A DNA stretch of 64,000 nt from contig CAZMVZ010000001.1 of NCBI GenBank assembly GCA_964570065.1, positions 41,652 through 105,651 of the forward strand, written 5' to 3'. The notes under the pieces are model-generated. The model searched no databases, was not told the origin of the DNA, and saw nothing but the letters and a program-made list of their open reading frames with translations. The stretch is from an uncultured Candidatus Poseidoniales archaeon. Lineage in GTDB: Archaea > Thermoplasmatota > Poseidoniia > Poseidoniales > Thalassarchaeaceae. Positions 46,001 through 52,663 of this stretch are shown here, one piece after another. Each line of letters begins with the position of its first letter. Within the stretch, counting starts at the first letter, position 1. Made by a program: the position numbers and the translations under genes.

Positions 46001-47001
46001 TAACTTTCGACTTAGGCCTGACCGATTCAGACCTTACTGAACAAATCAGTGTTCGCGTGGTTCCGGCCAATGTCGGTGTTGCACATCACTTCCCAGATGG
46101 TCACTTGGTCCTAATCAAGATGTCAACCGATCAAGGATATTCAACCCAAGTAGAATTGGGGGTGGATGTTCCAGAATACAACGGAATTGAACTCAATGAA
46201 CCAGAAAACCTGTTCTTCAGCAGAGAGGACACCACCATTACGATTAATATTCCATTCAAGAACACTGGTAACTCAGACGAGTTGTTCTACTTCGAATTCG
46301 ACAGTTCAGAGTGGTGGCAATTCGCTGGACCTACAACCCAACCGGCATCCCCATTCTCCGATGGTTCCGCCACCTTCACACTAGTCAGGCCCTCTGAACC
46401 GGAACTGCCTTCCCCCTATGCCGAAGAAATCACATTCACTGTTTCGGATCAGGACAACAATACTTACTCGGGCTCAACTATGGTGGAGACAGACTCGCCA
46501 GTTCTCTCCATAGTGGGAGATACGGCAAGGATCCTCGGAGGCAATAAATTCGCTTCTTATGGCCAAATAGAGAGTTATTCCGTGAATATCTCCAACAGCG
46601 GGAATGTGGATGCTGAGGCTGTCATCTTAGTGGCTACTCTGTGTTCCGACATTCTTTGTGAAAATGAGCTAGGCGTCAACTCCACTTCCAGTGGCTCAGT
46701 GTCAGCAATGAGCGAATCAACATTCTACATCAACATGGACTACACCCAGTTTACCGAGTCCAAGAATTATTGGATAATGTTCTCAATAGAGGGTGAATTG
46801 ATAGATGGAAAGTCAGAGCCTTGCAGCTTGACATTGAAGTCAGATGGAAAGGCATCCTGCGTCTTCGAGGCTCAGCTATGGACCAGCTCCGAAGAGAATG
46901 ACGATCTGAAGTACTTGGCATACGCATTCCTGATAATGCTAATTGCAGCACTTCTTTACTTTACTAGAAGGCCGGGTAGACGAGTCAGCGCCCCGTTCTA
47001 A
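37081..47001 (+). CDS. aglB: Giant AglB/STT3-type oligosaccharyltransferase fusion (~3300 aa)
   Basis: STT3 first-loop motif DPWYMKR…FDHDRAYPAGG…PPLF, TIxE (TIGE) motif, WWDYG catalytic motif, an Arg-containing last TM, then ~2300 extracellular residues with an acidic D-x-D-x-D-G cluster and a terminal TM + RRPGRR tail. Domains are listed in the separate finding. ATG at 37081 (the track's 37069 is a TTG). Confidence 0.85.
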   Translation: MLSHWQIGPVDGMEQEKDTLQVVQFNNLAAPVAITLALLGLTIVASTLEGREVGGDFLYTAILISLSVLIPACIGRSSWLIPLDSGSLRVGAITLAVSLIGIIANSADPENFNHMFVATFVFVGFASAALNESERFEESATLLSIVLGMRLAAFYAGGLIIAQSDSLAVIDTVREAIGAAFFSFWLSSISLGFLVMVGLRGAIENRGKGNLMANLPNIRENPEVGIYASLVFASFLVPLIWISQIDSLQDFSQQNHIGLAWASFSALVIFIHAFFRAEGWHVLGALLAVNWILYSIGHIHEIGNELPSLFSEDGFIGSFTWFFLWFWMTFFTLFFASRGVFGDIAPRRERSGFRVWWDVNSYVVMVTLAFLIALIVRTAWNVIPAMNANGTGLWDMTGGSDPWYMKRVVDYVIAERSHLIFDHDRAYPAGGINPRPPLFSWSLALGGLALSWILEIPADQAVWWSMSALPAVYGALIVLPIAGIASRAHSRRAGIIAAWLIALMPGHMSRSTFAMSDHDSFAMLFLAIAFYYWIRAIGHIDHNRIFKSTSTNPLYIIAGMRETWKRNPSLMANASMAGIAFSIMALGWKGFVYGPGILFLAYSFQVAINIFKGRDSLQFTSAALQMMLVAILIPTPFYAWPGMNLLFAPSGMQPMFYIIGFTFAMGWVSSSFRDKPWLLVVLGGSALFGSILALLYILQVRDLFNGWDILFTGGFYFSKNKIFGTIGEAQAPERGVLFASYGPIVALIAIGCAFLLLWRGSRKNKSDLTLLGLWTIIATYMAWSAGRFIINATPVVAVVGGIGISMLWGSASLPAFTKVWRNSGIGTPRTRFKSLWPATKARPGVPAMVMVLLLITSQHATYGIDAGIPRGDQSANEIDQSLYDIVPDILRQDLLGLFSVMNSDTYDQSDSGLWYMGTFGPSFNSQGWNEAYDWLSQQDSETPFSDRPAFVSWWDYGFQALASGQHPTVADNFQSGIPNSGAMLLSGGQEDTLSLFITTLAMGDKSINNGQLGESFLSVLEGHMTPEQVQEFEAITSNTNKGFVQDRLMAVVAEYGDAELLQGEPLDSNGLTCPDPCSDTYVVLVNGEPFGEATTNSSEAMVIFDQARGSSSEFELAEFDDASHYDMAGYRYTRDIIDDYDDLSTALHRTNARFGLARAFLITAFSLDDLVQIYDGISSIDTYEVSDYEESHGSTTSRNHEIRYFAVDNRLYPLGGMYYQDYQSYHRGQTTGIFHAPTHLSGLDIDSYITTTYETNQGDHTPEEFQSTYLEDLKAQASGASTAEDMIQMTDMNYQHLDSFFETMIARTYVGYGTSTLGLPSISGQVGDADTPSTWILPNSITGTPGSYLQGAMALPGAMMNHFVLSNWYDPTNGTSCEEIQITGSASTVAGSSQLSDVSLYSDDSLSSGWSQIQSGGPWKMSQVEEGVIPMNASTTNYDPDEETLSITSAASSSANDTEFTLTGKVDKYCGSIYDSNRNVKILKYYSGATLQGTVSLEGVGPVPNARILIERDAFSGDESADEDGNVVDNDSRTYWIPIGSTQADEDGHFSFTAPAGKIRVSAFTGDPDLDAARTSLLSGSANLMSELFSETSQNRAVNPVTGILGNVYGSTWLSETIVNISGSDGHSNGQSVIEAPISVSPSTASGILSWSGELDFDGDPVLSANITLTPSSEEVAIQPYEVITSDGGMVGEDLRFSGTGEVTFLGEGTMESMGAVSVYDFTGTHTQAVFDNHSITGEGQFSGKGMIDGTLSGDFPDCSGHSVPEGSDACINEDGYYLLEGIANGSGKFTSHGVSEFTRELSQATFIGSGNFATSPSDDLATFGTINGTGIFSGHGSFSGSMVRPGSFHIVDALPGEYVVSVDFGTGDPVVIPQPFVIPLSSSEIQTPVSITGGAIKGTVSIFTGRPLSSEVSIFSINGSSEDSNEQCQGVITQPCFVTPDESGSFEVGPIVPGSYIAEVDIDDDGFPEISHAFAFESGLASLVSFPSEVPQTSDITFTLSDDGTSVDDLQLQFIPEDLSRSEVTVMFDNESKTYHAELNPGNWILNYTLSDEKQLWQRISIGSIDVSDSFEFLVSQVVSGVVIDSVKGDEISDPLLSRVTNQEVLFQWQGFTLKSVTDSFGEFSVILPQGAFVHATVERMVGAGGFFSNGTSFQVTDSMENITIQLTDSTMVLGEVSLNREGNTYNQGFSGWTPVFAKANNLDGTTDAVWREEVDDLGRFDMLLPLGNWSFTLEAGSEMAANAVVKEINTTSEPMVELLVLPTNITVEIDFFIDHLGDNNASNGTPVSYPFEIKPLSPNGAGYTVPRDGSEWTQTGLAEVSLEPGRYRIVVERANSSADDPFDTLYDTNDIFEVEIGSSTVKRSVGFEPRWLVNITFRNESGQLLDNHEVKLENVENGWIQTYMTNEDGVLVEYIEEGDWIVIVDEFETNSGVYEGLRRSISTSQSSAGSRSNFQTAELALVTVTLQSTSDVAAPELVDLTISSQEGLGSFVSSIGGFDQPLEIRLVPGFWNVEINQTNQDGIMTLLENSSLVESGVTVGPNHQVFLTVQKLVSLSGKVFWDLDDDGAPGFSEGLSNASVNITGDLDSPTHHLISDNDGVWSTFLPVQSSWNITVEREGFGTQTSPVQIGETSVTENIEISAGEVEISGSISYPDQTCISSGEWQVQMIPSHGISRERVTVPGNALGEWSAMIQPGSWVAMATSTSEASECIDLISIEPLEVGVDGGSVESELTVGGTLRLETSWLDFDGSAHDLTEVEDYDLVIEYGPISWSEELGSDGVLNLLIMPGTVQASSTFELNEGVRNVSYSGGKGISIRAGQVSPMNTLSIDRVSKQSVTTTVQGLDRVEVQEVDTTCTNDDDGDGVINGEDAFPTDPTESSDNDNDGKGDNQDPDDDNDGDLDDDDEFPLGQGLPTNSAEGCKYQNAAFNVSVEYEGHNSFDEYTVVGTVPSADGVDWSVQFQNSSGEWLDSLTFDLGLTDSDLTEQISVRVVPANVGVAHHFPDGHLVLIKMSTDQGYSTQVELGVDVPEYNGIELNEPENLFFSREDTTITINIPFKNTGNSDELFYFEFDSSEWWQFAGPTTQPASPFSDGSATFTLVRPSEPELPSPYAEEITFTVSDQDNNTYSGSTMVETDSPVLSIVGDTARILGGNKFASYGQIESYSVNISNSGNVDAEAVILVATLCSDILCENELGVNSTSSGSVSAMSESTFYINMDYTQFTESKNYWIMFSIEGELIDGKSEPCSLTLKSDGKASCVFEAQLWTSSEENDDLKYLAYAFLIMLIAALLYFTRRPGRRVSAPF

Positions 47002-47022
47002 TACTACTTGCCTCAGCGCACA

Positions 47023-48279
47023 ATGGGGACAAACATGCGTGGAATCTCACGTCTCGAATTGATGCCTGAACCTGGAGACCCTAGTCTACTTACAGCCGTA
47101 GACAGTGATGCACCCGGCTATCCAGGAGAGGCCTATGGCATCAGTGACGAAGAGGCTAGGAAGCTAAGGTGGCCAATGGGGCCACTTATGAGGTTCTTAT
47201 GGCCTTGGGGAGCAGTCGGATTCTCCGCAATAGTTGTCTCTATTTTGCTCCTATATCCCTCGATATACTCACTTATTGGCGAGGTTCTTGATTCGGAGTG
47301 GGCCTTCGAAGATAGCGGCATCAGGGATCTACAGGAATCTGGAAGCCTAGGTGAAGGAGTCAGAGTATGTATGGTTGACACCGGAATAGACATCTCTCAT
47401 CCAGACCTATCGCATCTAACATTATCTGGATTTCGTGACTTCTATAGCGAAAAAGACTCTCCAGTCAGAGACATCGGAACAAATAGTCACGGAACTTTGA
47501 TGGCGGGACTTCTTGCTGCCAATGGCTCATTCACTGGTGCTTCCCCAAGCGTTTCACTTTCGATTGCGATTTCTCTCGGGCCAGACGGAAAGTCTGCAAA
47601 TGAGAGGATGGTCTCCCAAGCGATTAGGTGGTGCCGCATTTCTCAGGAATCTGACATAATTTCTCTAAGTCTGGGAACTGCTCCCGGATCTAGCTTCTCA
47701 GCTTCATCTGACACCCTTGATGCCGTAAGAGAGGCATTAGGCGATGGGATTTTCGTAATCGCAGCCGCTGGAAATAGTGACCCAAGGCAGAACCTCTCCG
47801 ACGTCTCTTCCCCTGCTAGTCTATCTGGTGTGATTGCAGTTGGGGCACATGATAGAAATGGGGATCCGTGGGTTGACAGTGCTGAAGGTGCCAAAAACGA
47901 TCCAGAAACTGGTGAGGAACGAATATTTCCCAACCAGAAACCCGAGATCGTAGCCCCCGGTGTCGATCTATGGTCTTGCAGAGACAGTGGCCGTGACCCG
48001 CCATACGCATTCTCAACCGGTACCAGTGATTCTACGGTATTGGTTACAGGGGCCCTCGCCTTGATCCTCTCAGTGTATCGTGAGGAAATTGCGGGAGAAA
48101 ACGGAATCATCGACCAACATGAAATGGACTTAGTCAAGGTAGCGCTTGCAAACTCGGCACGAACCGACTCAAGCCAATCTGAAAGCCACGATTCGAAGAA
48201 AGGATACGGTCTCCTTGATGCCCAAGAATGGTCTAGACAAGTAGAAATTGAATTCGGTATCAACCAAGAAAACATATGA
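47023..48279 (+). CDS. Membrane-anchored subtilisin-like serine protease (S8 family)
   Basis: Catalytic triad motifs VCMVDTGID (Asp), HGTLMAGLLAANG (His), GTSDSTVLVTGALAL (Ser). N-terminal TM helix. The ATG lies 22 nt after the aglB-fusion stop. Confidence 0.85.
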   Translation: MGTNMRGISRLELMPEPGDPSLLTAVDSDAPGYPGEAYGISDEEARKLRWPMGPLMRFLWPWGAVGFSAIVVSILLLYPSIYSLIGEVLDSEWAFEDSGIRDLQESGSLGEGVRVCMVDTGIDISHPDLSHLTLSGFRDFYSEKDSPVRDIGTNSHGTLMAGLLAANGSFTGASPSVSLSIAISLGPDGKSANERMVSQAIRWCRISQESDIISLSLGTAPGSSFSASSDTLDAVREALGDGIFVIAAAGNSDPRQNLSDVSSPASLSGVIAVGAHDRNGDPWVDSAEGAKNDPETGEERIFPNQKPEIVAPGVDLWSCRDSGRDPPYAFSTGTSDSTVLVTGALALILSVYREEIAGENGIIDQHEMDLVKVALANSARTDSSQSESHDSKKGYGLLDAQEWSRQVEIEFGINQENI

Positions 48280-48345
48280 ATTGACGATAATTGACGAAAC
48301 TCCTTGTCCCTATGGTTAAATTGTCTAGATGTAGTCCGATGGATT

Positions 48346-51300
48346 ATGGCGCGGGAAGAAAAATTGAGGTCATTCTCATTAACAGGACTATTCTTGTTGA
48401 GCATATTACTTTCATTGGCCTTGCCAGCAGGTACTGTTTCCGCATCAAACGAGACAACAACGGGGACAATTACCGGTACTGAGACTTGGGCAGGCGTACA
48501 CACCCTTACCGGAGATGTCACGATAGCCCCCGGTGCAAAATTGATCATTAATCCAGGGGCGACGATTGAGTTCCCCAACGGAACCCATCTGGATGTACGG
48601 GGGAGCCTGTGCGCCGGCGTCTCTTCATGTGGTGCTTCTTCGAACGCTGGGCCTGCAATGAGAATAACCCTGAGGTGGAGTGAACCCCTCAATTCGAGTG
48701 CTATAGGGGAATGCTATGGAATGAGTTCTGGCAACCAAGAAATATGGATAGATGACCCTTCATGCAGCGAGGGCGTGCTAATGAGGAGTTCGATAGATCT
48801 TTCTGAAACAGGCCTCAGATATGTCACATTCGATAGTGCTTGGGGGATTCCTCAGTATGTCTCTGCAGTGGGCGAATTCCGATATGGGGCCCTAGTTCTA
48901 GATGGAGCTAGCCCAACTCTTACCGAACTTTCTTTCAATCAGATAAACACCTCCAGTGTCCTGACAACCAACCTCGCTCAACCAACTTTCAATGGGGGGG
49001 AATTCGTCGTAGGGGCCGATGCGAGTAGGGGCATCGTTGGAGCAGCATTGCAGATTTACTCCTCTGGATCCTCAGTAAGCCCATTCTCTCTGTCTGATAT
49101 TTCACTCACAGGAACTGACAATGGATGCGGTAATAGAGATGGGGGGAGGCACACAATTTGGGCCGAGGACTCATTTATCGAGATAGATAACGCTGAAATC
49201 TCATCAGGAGATTTTGGAATCGGGCTTTGGACATCAGCAGGAAGCGTGACAAACACTCAGATAAATGTGAACTGTAACGGAATCGATCTAAATGGAAAGA
49301 AGGCAGTAGGCGGGACTTCATTCGATTTCGATATCTCTAACAATGAAATTACTACGGCCGACGGAGCAGGAGTTTTTGCATCAGCCGGGGCACTAGTGTA
49401 CTTGGTTGACAACGATATTGGTGGAGCAGCATCTGGTTCCGGAATAGCTGTTTACAATAGCGAGGCCCACATTCACGAAAACGAAATTGGACCAATAGGG
49501 GGCTACTTTGGATTGTGGCTGGGTGGCTCGTACGACGTAATCGCTGAGAATAACTCGATTTTCGACACCACCCTAACCCCAGTGGTTGCTGGGATGTACT
49601 CATACGCCATTCAAGCAGCCTCTAGGCTATACCTAGCAAACAACTCAATCTCCTATGATGGTACTGGGACCTGCAGTAGTGAAACCAATTGGGGGGGAGA
49701 TTTTTCTTGTCCAGTCTTGCATGCATACGTGACAGGCGTAACCATGTATGACAACATCATCACTGCGGGTGGTACAGCCGATGGGATTCGAGCAGTGGGG
49801 TCTCTGTTGGATATTCAGAGGAACTCATTTGATGTGCAAAAGACTGGTGCTGTGATCAAGAACTACGACAGCGGTTATGCCGAATCCCAGCAATTCGGGT
49901 CACTAGCATACTTCTCTGAAAACGACTGGAACCAGGCCGAGACAGTGTACAACGTGACAAAAAGCTCCGTTACTGCCCAGTCAGAGTACATACCCTCACC
50001 TCCCAGCGGGGAATACCCAGTCCGCCTATCATGGCCAGACCAGGAGGCTTGGCCAGACAATGAATTCCAAGGTGCGATTATCCCAACACCAGTAAAGGAC
50101 TGCAACAATTGCCAGAACATGACGCCGAGGAACTTCCCATTGGGTGTCAGCATGGATAACAACTCAACGGTATTTACATTTGCAGATTTGACGAACCTGG
50201 ACTTGTCCAAGGTCAAGATTGCAACACAGCCAACCCACTTCGCAGTACAGGTCAGCAGAGCCGAACTCGTCCGATTCCAGGCACTAATTGGCGGTGAAAA
50301 GGTAAGCGATGCATTGGTCATTGTGGAGGATGCACTCGGTAACGACCTGTATCGTGTAAAAACTGGTGGCGATGGTTTCACTCCATGGGTCGCCCTCCCA
50401 TCTAACTTTCACCTCGACTTCAGAGGACTTGGAGGAGGAGATAACCCGGATGGGTTTGCGGATGATGAGTACGAGGACTCTTGTTCAGACGGGATTGACA
50501 ACGATGGCGATCTTACCATCGACATCGCAGATTCCAGTTGTGATTATTCTGCAGGAACTAGGGAACTATCACTTTACAGATATACTGCCTATAGATTTGG
50601 ATATGGCTACTACTCCGGGCAGTTCACCCTTGAGGAGAACTCGCTCGAGGAGACTGCACACCTTGAGAACGAAGCTCCAACGGTGATAGTTACCGAGAAT
50701 GATGGACACTCATTCAGAAGAGTGGTCAACATCACTGGAAGCGCTCACGACGGGACATTGGCAAACAGTTACCTGACTGACGAGAGGGCCCAGTGGGACC
50801 AAGGTGGCTATGTTCATGCCGTCCAAGTGAGGAACCCATTCACCGGTTCTTGGGAGGATGCCGAATTGGCGATTGATACTAGCGGTGCAGATGAGGGCGA
50901 GGTGACACGCTTCAACAGGCCTTTCAGCTCGTGGTACTACAATATTGACATGACGGGACTCGCAGGTGAAGGCGATTTCACATTCGAATTCAGGGCATTT
51001 GATGGGATAGATCACAGCCCTGTCGTTTCACGAACAATCAAACTCAATACTCAACCCCCCAGCATTTTCGTTACCACACCCAGCTCATTCTCATCTCATG
51101 ATGAGGGTTCGGTAGTCTTCGATGGCTATTCCCAGGATCCCTACGGATGTCCGGACAATTGCAACACCGACATTGGTCTAGTATACATGCAGATTTCGGG
51201 ACCAAATTACCAAGTTACTAGCCCAGTTGAGACTAATTCCGATGGAACTTGGGATTGGGAGTGGGACTTCAGCACCCGGCCCAGGGAACTTACGACTTAC

Positions 51301-52608
51301 ACCTTCACAATTTGGGCATCTGATTCAGATTTTTGTAATGGAGAAGTGGACGAGTGCCAGCCAGTAGTTCTGACCCTAACAATCGATAACAGGAATAGCC
51401 AACCCACAATTAGCGTCAATCAGCCATTTTCAGGAACAAGAATTTCCTCCTCATTGGATACTGCTCTAACCGGGGTGGCTAGGGACTTCGACGGAGGGGT
51501 TACAAGGGTAGATCTGGAAGTAAAGGACGTATCAAATGACTATGTTTCAGTTTTCGAAACCAGCACCAGTGAATTTTCTGAAGATGGAATCTGGGAGATT
51601 GAGTGGGACACGACACAACTTCGTCATGATGCGGAATATCTGCTAAGATTCCGCTCGTATGACGGAATTGACTACAGCAGCTGGACCGAAGTAACCATTG
51701 TGGCCGACAATCCACCAAATGCAGGGAATAATCAACCCGAATTCGATTCATCCGGCTGGCAAAGTGAAATCACTCTTTATTGTGACTCAGAATCAAACTC
51801 TGTCGACAAGTGCACCACAGTGGAGATAGATCTGAAGGAGTTTTTCTCCGACGCAGACAACGACATACAGTTCATCTCCGTTTACAACGACACATCAATC
51901 GACTCGGACGATAGGCACGCTCTTGTCGTCGGTGTCGGAACAGATGGAATTGCTCGTTACGACCCCGCAGACATGTTGTTTTTCGACGATGACATGGAGT
52001 CTTGGACTCTGAATAATGTGATTTTCATCGCCACCGATGCATGGGATTCTCGAATCAACTCAGATCCTGTCAACTTCAGAGTCGTCCCCCTTCAGTTCAC
52101 GATTCAGGAGCCCGAGCAGTCTTGGGTCGAAGAAGATGAAATGGCAATATATTCCGGCATCGGACTTCCCGGTAAGCAAGTTTCTGTTTTGATAGATGGT
52201 AATCCAGTCAACAACACAATTGTCTCTGAAGACGGAACATGGGAGTTGGGTATACCGGCCTCTAGGATTAAGGGAGACTCATCAATACCAAAATTCACTT
52301 ATGCAGGCCAAACCACAGAAGTTAGCGCGATAAGCAAGGGAGAGCCAACGCCTGAATCAACAAACTGGGGAACGATTGGAGCAGTTTCTGTTTTGGCCAT
52401 ACTGTCACTGGCTGCTCTTGCTTACTTCACTGGATTCATAGGAATTGAGATTGATGAAGAAGATGAGTACAAGACCCCTGCCCAAATACCGAAGAACTAC
52501 GGTGACGAGGAAGAAGAGAGTTCTCTGGAGAGGTATGATGACCACCCCGGTTGGCTTTGGGATGCAGCTTCCGAGGAATGGGTCCCAGATCCGGATTTCG
52601 AAGAATAA
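48346..52608 (+). CDS. Large surface protein (~1420 aa) with right-handed parallel beta-helix (PbH1) repeats, Ig-like domains, C-terminal TM anchor and acidic tail
   Basis: Signal peptide (LTGLFLLSILLSLALPAGTVSA), repeated NN-I/GG beta-helix rungs (…ISNNEITTADGAGVFASAGALVYLVDNDIGG…), C-terminal TM (VSVLAILSLAALAYFTGFIGI), and tail IDEEDEYKTPAQIP…DPDFEE. Confidence 0.8.
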   Translation: MAREEKLRSFSLTGLFLLSILLSLALPAGTVSASNETTTGTITGTETWAGVHTLTGDVTIAPGAKLIINPGATIEFPNGTHLDVRGSLCAGVSSCGASSNAGPAMRITLRWSEPLNSSAIGECYGMSSGNQEIWIDDPSCSEGVLMRSSIDLSETGLRYVTFDSAWGIPQYVSAVGEFRYGALVLDGASPTLTELSFNQINTSSVLTTNLAQPTFNGGEFVVGADASRGIVGAALQIYSSGSSVSPFSLSDISLTGTDNGCGNRDGGRHTIWAEDSFIEIDNAEISSGDFGIGLWTSAGSVTNTQINVNCNGIDLNGKKAVGGTSFDFDISNNEITTADGAGVFASAGALVYLVDNDIGGAASGSGIAVYNSEAHIHENEIGPIGGYFGLWLGGSYDVIAENNSIFDTTLTPVVAGMYSYAIQAASRLYLANNSISYDGTGTCSSETNWGGDFSCPVLHAYVTGVTMYDNIITAGGTADGIRAVGSLLDIQRNSFDVQKTGAVIKNYDSGYAESQQFGSLAYFSENDWNQAETVYNVTKSSVTAQSEYIPSPPSGEYPVRLSWPDQEAWPDNEFQGAIIPTPVKDCNNCQNMTPRNFPLGVSMDNNSTVFTFADLTNLDLSKVKIATQPTHFAVQVSRAELVRFQALIGGEKVSDALVIVEDALGNDLYRVKTGGDGFTPWVALPSNFHLDFRGLGGGDNPDGFADDEYEDSCSDGIDNDGDLTIDIADSSCDYSAGTRELSLYRYTAYRFGYGYYSGQFTLEENSLEETAHLENEAPTVIVTENDGHSFRRVVNITGSAHDGTLANSYLTDERAQWDQGGYVHAVQVRNPFTGSWEDAELAIDTSGADEGEVTRFNRPFSSWYYNIDMTGLAGEGDFTFEFRAFDGIDHSPVVSRTIKLNTQPPSIFVTTPSSFSSHDEGSVVFDGYSQDPYGCPDNCNTDIGLVYMQISGPNYQVTSPVETNSDGTWDWEWDFSTRPRELTTYTFTIWASDSDFCNGEVDECQPVVLTLTIDNRNSQPTISVNQPFSGTRISSSLDTALTGVARDFDGGVTRVDLEVKDVSNDYVSVFETSTSEFSEDGIWEIEWDTTQLRHDAEYLLRFRSYDGIDYSSWTEVTIVADNPPNAGNNQPEFDSSGWQSEITLYCDSESNSVDKCTTVEIDLKEFFSDADNDIQFISVYNDTSIDSDDRHALVVGVGTDGIARYDPADMLFFDDDMESWTLNNVIFIATDAWDSRINSDPVNFRVVPLQFTIQEPEQSWVEEDEMAIYSGIGLPGKQVSVLIDGNPVNNTIVSEDGTWELGIPASRIKGDSSIPKFTYAGQTTEVSAISKGEPTPESTNWGTIGAVSVLAILSLAALAYFTGFIGIEIDEEDEYKTPAQIPKNYGDEEEESSLERYDDHPGWLWDAASEEWVPDPDFEE

Positions 52609-52663
52609 TGTAGATTCCAAGTTCTACTAACATTTGTATATTGAGTGAGATAGTGTTGAGTAT

